In this document: piece by piece, positions 39,135-48,628 of the stretch | Numbering within the stretch: the stretch's first letter is position 1 | Layout: every line of letters begins with the position of its first letter | Assembly: GCA_965197865.1 (NCBI GenBank) | Contig: CBDANZ010000002.1 | Location: 72,758-136,757, forward strand | Length of the DNA: 64,000 nucleotides | Reading direction: 5' to 3' | Source of the DNA: Vicinamibacterales bacterium | GTDB lineage: Bacteria > Acidobacteriota > Vicinamibacteria > Vicinamibacterales > CAVVIG01 | Translations under genes and position numbers: made by a program | The notes under the pieces: model-generated | Seen by the model: the letters and a program-made list of their open reading frames with translations, nothing else | Told to the model about the DNA's origin: nothing | The model's database searches: none

Positions 39135-39794
39135 ATGAGTTGGCGCCCAGGGTGCCGGACGTCTGAGCATATTACGCACCGTAAAGACTGGTTCGCGAAG
39201 CCGCGACAGGTGTCCGATTCGCTGCGACGACCGCCCCTTGGGCTGCGCCGGACCGGGATCGAGGTGACGTTCATACGGGCGCCACACACACGGAGACGGG
39301 CTCATCCTTCTCGATAAGACATGTTGCGGCGAAACCTTGTCAGAGGCCAGGTGAGGACGCCCAAGAACCACCAGCGGCAACGCGTGGACTTGTCGCAGCA
39401 GTTGCGGGCTGAGCTTCGCCTATGGCGGTGGCGTCAGCGTGCGGTGTGGCTGAAACACGGGCAGCCCTTTCCTGAGTGGGTGTTTCCGTCGGTCACTGGC
39501 ACGGCGCTCGACGAATCGAACGTGCGGAGAGCATTCAACCGGATTCTCGATGCCGCGGGTTTGCATCGGCGAGGTCCACATCAGATGCGGCACACATTCG
39601 CGAGTCTGTTGCTGCAGGACGGCGCCGCCATCACCTACGTGAGCCGGCAACTCGGGCACAAGGACGGCTCAATCACGCTGCGGGTGTACGCGCATTGGGT
39701 CCCCGACGCGTCGGCCGTTCGGGCCGTGGATCTCCTCGACGACACGCAACCATCCGCAACCCAGACGCAACAGGCGTCTGGATCGGGTGAGTGA
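39135..39794 (+). pseudogene. Tyrosine recombinase (integrase) remnant with in-frame TAA at 39315..39317 and no N-terminal domain
   Basis: ORFs 39135..39317 and 39321..39794 share a frame. RGQVRTPKNHQRQRVDLS, HQMRHTFASLLLQDG and LGHKDGSITLRVYAHW carry the R...HxxR...H...Y boxes. Confidence 0.75.
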
Positions 39795-39822
39795 AAAAAC
39801 GCGCTAAGTCCTTACGGGAGAA

Positions 39823-39869
39823 TGGTGAGCCAGGACGGAGTCGAACCGTCAACCCGCAGATTAAGAGTC
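39823..39869 (-). repeat. Duplicated 3' half of tRNA-Lys (att-type direct repeat)
   Basis: 47/47 nt are identical to 42545..42591 (tggtgagccaggacggagtcgaaccgtcaacccgcagattaagagtc). The sequences diverge immediately after. Confidence 0.9.
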
Positions 39870-39892
39870 AACACAAGATCAAAGCCGATCGC

Positions 39893-39925
39893 AGCCGACC
39901 TCTGAAAATCGGGGTCGGCTTTTTC
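39893..39925 (+). terminator. Rho-independent terminator candidate
   Basis: AGCCGACC-(12-nt loop)-GGTCGGCT followed by TTTTC (the stem's final T plus this run gives 5 consecutive Ts). Confidence 0.5.
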
Positions 39926-40091
39926 ATTCACGGGTCATCCACTGCCGATTGAGGTCGCGTCTCTCGGAATCCGTTGCACACCTGTTGCACGCGCGACGGG
40001 GCATTCCTCTACCCCTTGGAAAGACTCGAACTCCTCGCGACACGGGTTCTAATCCCCAAGGGGCGGACTAGAAACGCGCCGGGCAGCTTAA

Positions 40092-41572
40092 CAGCCCGTG
40101 GTGAAAGTCGATCGAGCAGCCCCTTGTTATTGGCGAGGGGATCGACAGGATCGATCCCGCTCCTTACACTGTGGCGCATGGCCATGGGCACCCGCGACCC
40201 CGAACAACCTCCGTTGTGGATTGCCGCGTCGGATCTGCCGGTCTCGCCTGGGCATCCGTTCTACACGCGCTTGAATGCGTTGCTGGATGCCGACGGCTTC
40301 GACACCTTCGTGGAAGACGCCTGTCGATCCTTCTACGCGCCGGTGTTGGGCCGCCCGAGTCTGGCGCCCGGTCGCTACTTCCGCTTGTTGCTGGTTGGGT
40401 ACTTCGAAGGCATCGATTCGGAGCGCGGCATCGCATGGCGTGCGGCGGACTCGCTGGCGGTGCGGAGCTTCCTGCGACTCGGGCTGGAGGAGGCGGCCCC
40501 GGATCACTCGACGATTTCGCGCACCCGCCGCGTGATCGATGTGGAGACGCACCGGGCGGTGTTCACGTGGGTCCAGCAGCGCCTGGCGGCCGCCGGCCTG
40601 TTGAAGGGCCGGACGATCGCGATCGACGCGACGACGTTGGAGGCCAACGCCGCCATGCGGAGTATCGTGCGCCGGGACACGGGGGAAGCCTACCAGGCGT
40701 ATCTGACCCGCCTCGCCGCCGCCTCGGGGATCAAGACGCCGACGCGCGAAGTCTTGGCGCGGTTTGATCGCACGCGGAAGAAGAAAACCTCGAACAGCGA
40801 GTGGACCAGCCCCAGTGATCCTGACGCGAAGGTCGCGAAAATGAAAGACGGCCAGACGCACTTGGCGCACAAAGCCGAGCATGCGATCGATCTGGAGAGC
40901 GGCGCGTTGGTCGCGGTGACGGTGCAGGGCGCCGATCAGGGCGACACGAGGACGCTTGTCACGACGGCGATCACGGCGGCCGAACAGGTGGAAGCCGCGC
41001 ACGCGACGACCGACGCGCGCGGGAGGTTGGAGGACATCGTCGCGGACAAGGGCTATCACAGCAACGAGACGATGGTAGACCTGGCTGCGGTGGGCCTGCG
41101 GTCGTACATTTCGGAACCCGACCGTGGCCGGCGCGATTGGTCCGACGCGCCGGATGCGTACGCGCCCGTCCATGGGAATCGCCGCCGTCTCCGGGGCGCC
41201 CGCGGGCGACGCTTGCGGCGGCGACGGGCGGAACTCGCCGAGCGATCGTTTGCCCACCTCTATGAGACCGGCGGGATGCGACGCACGCACTTGCGGGGAC
41301 ACGACAACATCTTGAAGCGTCTACTGATTCATGGCGGCGGCTTCAACTTGGGGCTCGCGATGCGCCAGTGCCTCGGCATCGGCACGCCACGGCGCTTGCA
41401 GGGCCGCGCCGCAGGCGTCTTGGCTGTCTTCATCGCCGTATGGGCGCGCCTCGGCGCTCTCTGGGGGAACCATGAACCAAGATTCGTTGATCGATCGCCG
41501 GGGTCGTCGCCGCGTCATTGTTTTGAGCTGCTACCCGTCGCCGCGTGAATCGCAGGGTTTAAACACAGACTG
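40092..41572 (+). mobile_element. IS5-superfamily element (InsH-type N-domain plus DDE), copy 1, 1481 bp, TTAA duplication
   Basis: TTAA lies at 40088..40091 and 41573..41576. The TIRs are CAGCCCGTGGTGAAAG... and ...AAACACAGACTG. It is near-identical to 61070..62550 in inverted orientation. Confidence 0.85.
40178..41548 (+). CDS. IS5/IS1182-type DDE transposase (456 aa)
   Basis: Start at MAMGTRDPEQ, inside the element. HPFYTRLNALLDADGFDTFVEDACRSFYA..GRPSLAPGRYFRLLLVGYFEGIDSERGI is an InsH-type N-terminal domain. The DDE region includes IAIDATTLEANA. Confidence 0.9.
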   Translation: MAMGTRDPEQPPLWIAASDLPVSPGHPFYTRLNALLDADGFDTFVEDACRSFYAPVLGRPSLAPGRYFRLLLVGYFEGIDSERGIAWRAADSLAVRSFLRLGLEEAAPDHSTISRTRRVIDVETHRAVFTWVQQRLAAAGLLKGRTIAIDATTLEANAAMRSIVRRDTGEAYQAYLTRLAAASGIKTPTREVLARFDRTRKKKTSNSEWTSPSDPDAKVAKMKDGQTHLAHKAEHAIDLESGALVAVTVQGADQGDTRTLVTTAITAAEQVEAAHATTDARGRLEDIVADKGYHSNETMVDLAAVGLRSYISEPDRGRRDWSDAPDAYAPVHGNRRRLRGARGRRLRRRRAELAERSFAHLYETGGMRRTHLRGHDNILKRLLIHGGGFNLGLAMRQCLGIGTPRRLQGRAAGVLAVFIAVWARLGALWGNHEPRFVDRSPGSSPRHCFELLPVAA

Positions 41573-41642
41573 TTAAGGGAGGCTTTCACGGCGCCGTTGG
41601 GCAGATCACAGTCAACCGCACGGCCGGCCGGGGCGCACCGCA

Positions 41643-42500
41643 CTAGTGAAGAAATACTTTGGCGTACCGGAACTGGACGGCGAGCTGATCGTCGGGCACC
41701 CGCTGAAGCCAGAATTCGAAGTTGCCCAGCGCGCCGACGTTGAGCGTGGCCGTGATGAACGGTTTGTGCTGCCACGCCTCGTCGCCGAACTTGTATGCGG
41801 AGTAGCCGGCACCGGCCTTGAGGCGGGCGAAGTCGTATTCGAGCTTCACGTGCTCGAGCAGGTGCTGCGCACGCCCCGCGTCGTTCAGCGGCACGTACGC
41901 GAGATACGAAGCCTCGAGCGGCACGCTGGGCGCCAGCCGGTAGCTGCCCAAGAAGTAGGGCTGGAAGTACAGCGCACCATTGGCGTGCTCGCCGAACGCT
42001 CTGGCCAGGAAGCCTTCCGTGATCAAGAATCCCCTGCGCCCCTCGAAAGGCACTCCGCCGCCGCCAATCCACATTTCTCGGTGCAGCTTGGGATTGTCGA
42101 AATCGATGTAGCCGATATCGAGCGCAATGAGCCTGCCTCGCTTGTGGCTGACTCCCGCGAAGTGGTAGGCGCCCCGGTCGGTCGCCGTCCGCAGCAGCAG
42201 GAGGGTCTCGTTCGGCGCCTGCGCGCGCGCAGGGACGGCCATCGTTGCCAGCAGAAGCAGGGTTGTCAGGGCGTACGCCGGCACGTGCTCCCGCTCGCGC
42301 CGCCGCCGCTCTCGAGACCGCTCGAACACCGTCACTTCCCACCCACCCGATGTGCTGTCGTTCCGCAGAATGTAGATCCCATCTCCAGTGAGCACCTTGA
42401 AGTACCGATGGTTGGGGGCCAACCAGCAATCGAGGACCTCGTCCACCTCGACGAATCGTCCGTCGCCGTTGCACAGCCGTTGCACACACCCGCTCGACAC
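41643..42500 (-). CDS. Hypothetical protein: probable secreted beta-barrel-like protein (from GTG 42284) fused in frame to a 72-aa upstream segment
   Basis: An internal (M)PAYALTTLLLLATMAVPARAQA|PNE is a clean Sec signal. The C-terminal region alternates hydrophobic residues and ends FRYAKVFLH. The upstream segment CNGDGRFVEVDEVLDCWLAPNHRYFKVLTGDGIYILRND looks like a separate small domain. Confidence 0.45.
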   Translation of the reverse strand: MSSGCVQRLCNGDGRFVEVDEVLDCWLAPNHRYFKVLTGDGIYILRNDSTSGGWEVTVFERSRERRRREREHVPAYALTTLLLLATMAVPARAQAPNETLLLLRTATDRGAYHFAGVSHKRGRLIALDIGYIDFDNPKLHREMWIGGGGVPFEGRRGFLITEGFLARAFGEHANGALYFQPYFLGSYRLAPSVPLEASYLAYVPLNDAGRAQHLLEHVKLEYDFARLKAGAGYSAYKFGDEAWQHKPFITATLNVGALGNFEFWLQRVPDDQLAVQFRYAKVFLH

Positions 42501-42544
42501 GCCCTCCGCCGTACGGCCTGATCGCTGATTTCTCTAGGACAAAG

Positions 42545-42620
42545 TGGTGAGCCAGGACGGAGTCGAACCGTCAACCCGCAGATTAAGAGTCTGCTGCTCT
42601 GCCAATTGAGCTACTGGCCC
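42545..42620 (-). tRNA. tRNA-Lys (anticodon CUU)
   Basis: Reverse complement is GGGCCAGTAGCTCAATTGGCAGAGCAGCAGACTCTTAATCTGCGGGTTGACGGTTCGACTCCGTCCTGGCTCACCA, with anticodon loop CTCTTAA. Confidence 0.95.
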
Positions 42621-42764
42621 CAAACGCGCACGCGAACTGGGTCATCCGGGCACCGGTTCGTTTGGTCAAGGAGTGAATCAGTGACCCAGCGGCGAGATGA
42701 TCAAATGACCGCATTCGAAGGTGAGTAAGAAAGCGATTCTAGTATAGTAGAATTTCGTTGAGAC

Positions 42765-42841
42765 GCGCCCGTAGCTCAGCTGGATAGAGCGACAGGCTTC
42801 GAACCTGTAGGTCGGGGGTTCAACTCCCTCCGGGCGCGCCA
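42765..42841 (+). tRNA. tRNA-Arg (anticodon UCG)
   Basis: GCGCCCGTAGCTCAGCTGGATAGAGCGACAGGCTTCGAACCTGTAGGTCGGGGGTTCAACTCCCTCCGGGCGCGCCA, with anticodon loop CTTCGAA. Confidence 0.95.
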
Positions 42842-43115
42842 GCCTTCGCTCGCGTCCTCCCTCTTCATCGCCGACGCGGAGAATCGTGATCGGTTGTTTC
42901 GTTCGGCAACACCACACACGTGGCTGCACGAGGCGGTCGGGGCCTGCCCCCTGTCGTTCCGACCTGGGCGCGTCGCCCTCCAACCAGCCCCTGATCGGAT
43001 CGACGACGGTGACGGTCGAGCCACACGGACCTCTACGACAGCGGTTTCGATAAACCCTTTCGACCGATTCGCAGGATGATAGAATTCCGATCCGATTCTG
43101 TCATCTCAGATCGGG

Positions 43116-43192
<77 letters not shown>

Positions 43193-43198
43193 CTTCTG

Positions 43199-44284
43199 GG
43201 CGTTGGTGCACGGTCGTCCCGCACCCTCGGTGAGCCACGATCGACCTCCTGGCCATCGTGGCGACAGCAGGTGCATGATCTCGACATGAAGTCGAGAGTG
43301 CACCCGAAGTACAAGACAAAATACCACGTCGGGAATTGGCCGGCATACGACCGAGCGCTGGTCCAGCGAGGCGATATCACCGTGTGGTTGGCCCCGGAGG
43401 CGGTCGCCACCTGGGAGGCCGTGGGCGTCGGCGCGCGTGGCGGGCAACGGCAGTATTCCGATCTCGCCATCGAAACCGCGCTGACGCTCCGGCTCATCTT
43501 CCACCTGCCCCTGCGGCAGACTGAAGGCTTCCTGACGTCGATCTTCGGGATGCTGGGTCTCGATCTGTCCGCGCCCGATCACACCACACTCTCACGGCGT
43601 GGCCAGCATCTCGACCTCACGCTTCGTCGCCTCCCCGCGGGTGCCAGCCTGCATCTCCTCGTCGACAGCACGGGCCTCTCGATCGTGGGCGAGGGTGAAT
43701 GGGCCGCTGTGAAACATGGAGGACGAGGGAGGCGAGGCTGGAAGAAGCTGCATCTCGGTGTCGACCGATCGGGAGTGATCGTCGCCCGAGCCCTGACGGA
43801 GGCACGTGTCGACGACGCGACGACTGGCATCACGCTGATCGAGGCGGTCGACGGCGCCCTCGGACGGGTGACGGCGGATGCCGCCTACGATACGATCGGC
43901 TTCTACGAGGCCGCCGGTGCGCGTGGCGCGACCGTCGTGGTTCCGCCGACGAGTACGGCCCACGTGTCTCGACACGGCCCGCGGTCGAGCGCCCGTGATC
44001 ACACGATCCTGGCGGTCCAGGAGAGAGGACGGCGACGCTGGAAGCAGATGTCTGGCTACCATGGGCAGGCCCGCGTGGAGAACGCGTTCTTCCGGTACAC
44101 GTCGATCATCGGAGACGGCCTTCGAGCGTGCAGTCCCGCAGGGCGGAGGACTGAGGTCGTCCTCACGTGCAACATCCTGAATCAGATGACTGGGCTTGGC
44201 AGGCCAATGTCGTACCGCATCGGTCGGTGAAGGAGCTGTGGATCGGGATCGGTGCGGGCTAGCTCCGATTCATGCAACAACGCC
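43199..44284 (+). mobile_element. IS5-family, IS903-group element
   Basis: IRL is GGCGTTGGTGCACGGTCG (43199..). IRR is ...CCGATTCATGCAACAACGCC (ending 44284). Both resemble the IS903 IR GGCTTTGTTGAATAAATC. It starts 6 nt after tRNA-Arg(CCG). Confidence 0.8.
43286..44230 (+). CDS. IS903-group DDE transposase (314 aa)
   Basis: [35 protein letters not shown]... and [25 protein letters not shown]. Confidence 0.9.
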   Translation: MKSRVHPKYKTKYHVGNWPAYDRALVQRGDITVWLAPEAVATWEAVGVGARGGQRQYSDLAIETALTLRLIFHLPLRQTEGFLTSIFGMLGLDLSAPDHTTLSRRGQHLDLTLRRLPAGASLHLLVDSTGLSIVGEGEWAAVKHGGRGRRGWKKLHLGVDRSGVIVARALTEARVDDATTGITLIEAVDGALGRVTADAAYDTIGFYEAAGARGATVVVPPTSTAHVSRHGPRSSARDHTILAVQERGRRRWKQMSGYHGQARVENAFFRYTSIIGDGLRACSPAGRRTEVVLTCNILNQMTGLGRPMSYRIGR

Positions 44285-44511
44285 TATCATCGACAGGCCC
44301 GCGTCGAGAACGCGTTCTTCCGGTACAAGTCGATTCTCGGCGATCGACTTCGAAGTCGGACTCGCGCAGCGCAAGCTGTCGAATCGGTGCTTGCGTGCAA
44401 CGTGCTCAATCGAATGACCGAGCTTGGTCGACCAGAGTCGTTTGCGATCGATCGGTGACGAACCTACGCGTGGGAGCGCTCGGCGCCAGTTTCGATTTAC
44501 GCAACAACGCC
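44285..44511 (+). mobile_element. 3' fragment (227 bp) of a second IS903-group element, directly abutting the first
   Basis: Encodes [25 protein letters not shown]...LNRMTELGRPESFAIDR. It ends with IRR ...GATTTACGCAACAACGCC at 44511. Confidence 0.75.
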
Positions 44512-44583
44512 GCGTGCAGTCATCGCGGCGATGCGGTTCTTCGCCGAGTGACCCATTGGCTGGCAGGGACCGTGTGATCCGCG

Positions 44584-44817
44584 ATGGCGAAAGCTGAAGC
44601 CTCGGTCGAGGAGTTGGTCGGGATGATCGAATGTGGCGAGTCGCGGCTGCCCGAAGTGCAGCGACGCTACGTTTGGCGTTCGACTCGAGTTCGGGATCTG
44701 CTCGATTCACTGTATCGCGGCTATCCATCGGGTGCGATTCTCCTCTGGGAGACAGACGAGGATGTCCCGCTGCAGGACTTCGCACGCGATCAGCACGGCA
44801 ATCCTTTAGGATGCTGA
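44584..44817 (+). pseudogene. DUF262 (ParB-like nuclease fold, GmrSD-type) N-terminal fragment
   Basis: VEELVGMIECGESRLPEVQRRYVWRSTRVRDLLDSLYRGYPSGAILLWE is the canonical DUF262 start. It is truncated after 77 aa. Confidence 0.75.
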
Positions 44818-44948
44818 TGGCAATTACCTTGCCGTCTCCTTGGTGCGCCAAGCAGCGGAACAGGTGCTACGCCTTGCTGAAGTCGGCAAATCTATATCGA
44901 TCACTTCCTAAGCTGGAAGGAGCCAGCCTGCCAGGGAGTCGAGCCAAC

Positions 44949-47900
44949 ATGTCTCGTCGGACGTACTGCTTTCCAATCGCGGTACTCGTTTGTCTGCTCG
45001 TTGGTCCTCCGGCGGCTGCTCAAGTGCCTCCCGACGAAACGTGGCGTACGGTCGAGACCGAGCACTTTCGCGTCACCCTTCCTGAGCACCTTGAGGCGCT
45101 GGGCAGGCGGGTGGGAGACTTGGCCGAGCAGGCCTACCGGGAGCTCGCGGCACAGTTTCGCGCGGGGCCAACCGGGCGCATCGACATCGTCCTGACGGAC
45201 CACTACGACGCATCGAACGGCTTCGCCACGGTCTGGCCCTCCAACCGCATCGTCCTTTTCGCCAGGCCTCCCGCCGATCATCTCGCGCTGGCCTACTTCG
45301 ACGACTGGCTCGAGCAGCTGATCACGCACGAGCTGGCGCACGTCTTCCATCTCGACTACGGCGGGACGCTGGGCAGGATTTTCCGCACACTGTTCGGGCG
45401 GGCGCAGACGCTCCTCACGTTCCCGGGCGTCGTCGTCCCCGGCTGGGTCGTCGAGGGACTGGCGACCTGGTACGAATCGGCGCTGACCGGCGCCGGCCGC
45501 GTGCACGGGACGTTCCACGAGATGGTGCTGCGCACGGCCATGCTCGAAGGACGGTTCGAGAGTATGGGGCGGGCGGGCGGCAACTCGCCGCAGTGGCCGG
45601 GCGGCGTCCGCCGCTACGCCTACGGCTCGCTCTTCTTCGACTACCTGCTCGACAAACACGGCCGAGACGGCATGGCCGCGTTCATCGAGGCGGTCGTGCG
45701 CGCGGCGGCGCAACTGCCGCTGCCGCGGTTGAACGCCGCCGGCCGGCGCGCCTTCGGCGCGTCGCTGTCGAGCGAATGGGCCGCCTGGACGAACGGGATG
45801 CGGGCGCGCCTGAAGCACCTCGATGGCGAGCTCGCGGCGTTCGGCCCGATCAGCGAGCCCGAGGCGTTGACGCGGAACGCTCGCTACGGGCTGCACCCGC
45901 TGGCGTCGCCGGACGGCAACGCGCTGATCTACGTTCGGTCGGATGGACGGTCGGATCCTCGGCTCGTGGTCATGGCTCCCGACGGCGGCGATCCGTCCAC
46001 GGTCACGAGGATCAACAACCACACTCCGTTTGACGTCCTGCCGCGCGGGGAGATCGTCTTCGCGCAACGCGATTACATGGACCCCTATCGGGTGTTGAGC
46101 GACCTGCATGTCGCGACCATCGACGGGGCGGTGCGGCGCGTGACCCGGGGTGCCAGGCTTACCGCGCCGTCGGCCGGTCCCGAGGGGGCATGGGCCGTCG
46201 CCGTGGCGGAGGGTGGGGGAACGAACGGCCTGGCCCGGGTCGATCTCCTAGACGGGTCGATCCGGGCGCTGGTGGCGCCGAAAGCCGGTACGTACTGGGT
46301 CTACCCCGCGGTCTCGCCCGACGGACGCTGGATCGCCGCCAGCCGCTGGACGGACCGTCGCCATGACGTGGTCATCCTCGATGCGGACGGGGGCGTGGCG
46401 GACGCGGTGACCCGCGACCGCGCGCTCGACCTGGCGCCGAAATGGAACGCGGATGGCCGCTACCTGGTCTGGTCGTCGGACCGGAACGGCATCCCGAACA
46501 TCCTGGGAGCGGAGGTCGATCCGCTCACCGGCGCCGCCGCCTCCCCCGTCATGCTGACGAACGTGCGCACGGGAGCGGCGTTTCCGAGCATCGGCCCCGC
46601 CGGCGAGTGGTTGTACTTCTCCGGGTACCACGTCGACGGCTGGGAGGTGGAACGGGTCCGGTTCGCTCCCGCCGCCGCCCTGCCTGCTCCTGCCCCGGCG
46701 GCCCGCTTCGACGAGGCCGGCGCTCCCCGGGTCGCGCCGGCCGGAGCCGGCGCGGTCTCCGAGGCCGCAACGGGGGACGCTTCCGCCTGGCTTGCCGAAC
46801 CGCGCGGCTCCACCGCTGCCGCGGGCCCCGGCCCCGTTGCCGCCAGCGGCTCACCGGCCGGTATTGGGGCGCGGGACACCGCCGACCCGGCTGGAACGCC
46901 GTCCCGCGACCGGGAAAGCCCGGCCCATGACTACTCACCGCTGTCGACCCTGTATCCGAGGTACTGGCTGCCGGTGTTCCGGGAGCCTCTGGCGACCGCG
47001 AAGACGACCGTCGGGGGCGTCGAGGTGCCGCGCACGGAGATTCTCGGCTACGCGGTCGGAGGCCGCACCTCGGGCTTCGACCTCGTCCGCAGGCATGCCT
47101 ACGAGGTCGGGGCACAGGTCTTCACGTCGGGCGGCCGGGGAGAGGGCGACGTGTCGTACGAGTATCGGGGCCTGGGGAACCCGACCATCGGCGTGACCGC
47201 CTCGCAGACGTGGGACGACGACGGCGTCCGGGTGCGCCGCCCGGCAACGGGAGCGGAGGGCTCGCCAGAGACCTTCTTCGTCCTGGAACGGGAGCGGCGG
47301 CTGGCCACGTCGGTGCGCGTGCGCCGGCCCGGCGTGCGTATGTCGACGTCACTGAGGTTCTCGGCCGGGCTGGTCCGGAGCGACCGGGAAGTGCTGGATA
47401 AAGCTCTGCGGTCGACGGACGGCTTCCGCCTTACGCGGCCCGGCAGCCTCCAGAGCGAGTACGCCGTATCGTTCAGCGTCTCCACCGCGCGGTCACATGC
47501 GTTCCAGATGGGCAACGCGCGTGGTGCGGCGCTGTACCTGCGCGCCCGGACACGCGACGACCTGGATGTGCCGGACGCGCTCACCGGGCGCAACCGCGTC
47601 GATCTCTCCGTCGACGATCTCATCGGCCGACTGCGGGCCTACGTTCCGTTGCCGGGACCGGGATTCGCGGCGCCGGTGCTGGCTCTGCGCGCGAGCGGCG
47701 GGGTGGCTCGCGGGCCGGGGGCGCAGACCGGCTACTTCGCGGCGGGCGGTGCGTCGGGCGACGGCGTGTCGCTGCCGGGGCTGGTGGGCGGCTCGGTCTT
47801 CCTCCCTGTCCGGGGCTACGAGAGATCCACGCGGTCGGGCCGCTACGCCTGGTCCACCTCGGTGGAGCTGCGCGCGCCGCTCGCGCTCGTCAATCGCGGA

Positions 47901-48155
47901 CTCGGGGCGTTGCCGCTGCACCTTGACCGCATCTTCGGGTCGGTCTTCCTCGACGGCGGCAACGCGTGGGGGGGCGCGTCGTCTGCCGGAGAGGAGAGTC
48001 CCAGGCTCCGGGCCCTGCTGTCGGCCGGGTTCGAGGTCAGCACCGACCTGCTCGTCCTGTACTCGGTTCCGTTGCGACTGCGCGCCGGTGTCGCCTTCCC
48101 CCTGGTCGAGCAGGAGGGGGCGCGATACTACGTTCGAGTGGGTCTGCCGTTCTGA
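44949..48155 (+). CDS. 1068-aa outer-membrane protein: N-terminal HExxH metalloprotease-like domain, TolB/PD40-type beta-propeller repeats, C-terminal Omp85-like barrel
   Basis: Signal peptide MSRRTYCFPIAVLVCLLVGPPAAAQ. ITHELAHVFH carries HExxH. The repeats are PLASPDGNALIYVRSDG, PAVSPDGRWIAASRW and PKWNADGRYLVWSSDRNG. The C-terminus ...YYVRVGLPF ends in Phe. Confidence 0.75.
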   Translation: MSRRTYCFPIAVLVCLLVGPPAAAQVPPDETWRTVETEHFRVTLPEHLEALGRRVGDLAEQAYRELAAQFRAGPTGRIDIVLTDHYDASNGFATVWPSNRIVLFARPPADHLALAYFDDWLEQLITHELAHVFHLDYGGTLGRIFRTLFGRAQTLLTFPGVVVPGWVVEGLATWYESALTGAGRVHGTFHEMVLRTAMLEGRFESMGRAGGNSPQWPGGVRRYAYGSLFFDYLLDKHGRDGMAAFIEAVVRAAAQLPLPRLNAAGRRAFGASLSSEWAAWTNGMRARLKHLDGELAAFGPISEPEALTRNARYGLHPLASPDGNALIYVRSDGRSDPRLVVMAPDGGDPSTVTRINNHTPFDVLPRGEIVFAQRDYMDPYRVLSDLHVATIDGAVRRVTRGARLTAPSAGPEGAWAVAVAEGGGTNGLARVDLLDGSIRALVAPKAGTYWVYPAVSPDGRWIAASRWTDRRHDVVILDADGGVADAVTRDRALDLAPKWNADGRYLVWSSDRNGIPNILGAEVDPLTGAAASPVMLTNVRTGAAFPSIGPAGEWLYFSGYHVDGWEVERVRFAPAAALPAPAPAARFDEAGAPRVAPAGAGAVSEAATGDASAWLAEPRGSTAAAGPGPVAASGSPAGIGARDTADPAGTPSRDRESPAHDYSPLSTLYPRYWLPVFREPLATAKTTVGGVEVPRTEILGYAVGGRTSGFDLVRRHAYEVGAQVFTSGGRGEGDVSYEYRGLGNPTIGVTASQTWDDDGVRVRRPATGAEGSPETFFVLERERRLATSVRVRRPGVRMSTSLRFSAGLVRSDREVLDKALRSTDGFRLTRPGSLQSEYAVSFSVSTARSHAFQMGNARGAALYLRARTRDDLDVPDALTGRNRVDLSVDDLIGRLRAYVPLPGPGFAAPVLALRASGGVARGPGAQTGYFAAGGASGDGVSLPGLVGGSVFLPVRGYERSTRSGRYAWSTSVELRAPLALVNRGLGALPLHLDRIFGSVFLDGGNAWGGASSAGEESPRLRALLSAGFEVSTDLLVLYSVPLRLRAGVAFPLVEQEGARYYVRVGLPF

Positions 48156-48226
48156 CGCCCGTCGCGCTGACATGACCTGCTCGTGTTGCGCCAGAGGAAC
48201 TCGAAGGCCGCAGCCAACGCAGCGCC

Positions 48227-48445
48227 CTCTTCAAGACGATGTTCCTCGCTTTCCGCGATGCGGAGGCCCGCGACTGGCGTTCGAACCTCGCCATCGCGCT
48301 GGGACACCGCGGGGCTCAACATCGGCTCCAGTTTCACCACATTTTCCCGAAGACGGTCTTGAGGGGCAGCTACAAGGTGAACTCTGTTCGTTACCCACCG
48401 ACCATGCATCACGCGCGTTCCACCCTGGTACTCTCTCCGGCTAGG
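48227..48445 (+). pseudogene. C-terminal remnant of a DUF262-associated HNH/DUF1524-type domain
   Basis: LFKTMFLAFRDAEARDWRSNLAIALGHRGAQHRLQFHHIFPKTVLRGSYKVN contains the xxHHIFPK motif typical of the C-terminal part of DUF262 proteins. It degenerates afterwards. Confidence 0.55.
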
Positions 48446-48570
48446 TACGCCTCCCAGTCGTCCATGAGCCGCCGACGCACGCTGCGAACCAGACCCGGAT
48501 TCCGGCCCGCCAAACGCGCCAGATTCCCCAGGAGTTCGAGCACTGGGAGTCTGACCCCGCAGCGAAGCAA

Positions 48571-48599
48571 CCGGCCGTGGTGTTATCCACCACGGCCGG
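48571..48599. terminator. Strong hairpin between convergent remnants
   Basis: CCGGCCGTGGTG-TTATC-CACCACGGCCGG is a 12-bp perfect stem. No U tract follows on either strand. Confidence 0.35.
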
Positions 48600-48628
48600 G
48601 CCTGCCTAGTGCAAGAACGGCGAAACCC

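Noticed and set aside
48445-48570. Minus-strand reading …ELLGNLARLAGRNPGLVRSVRRRLMDDWEAYLAGESTRVERA followed by ORF 48128..48412, superficially like a small two-gene toxin-antitoxin pair.
   Set aside because: ORF 48128..48412 is antisense to the HHIFPK-containing remnant, which has a much stronger family signature. No toxin or antitoxin motif was identified.
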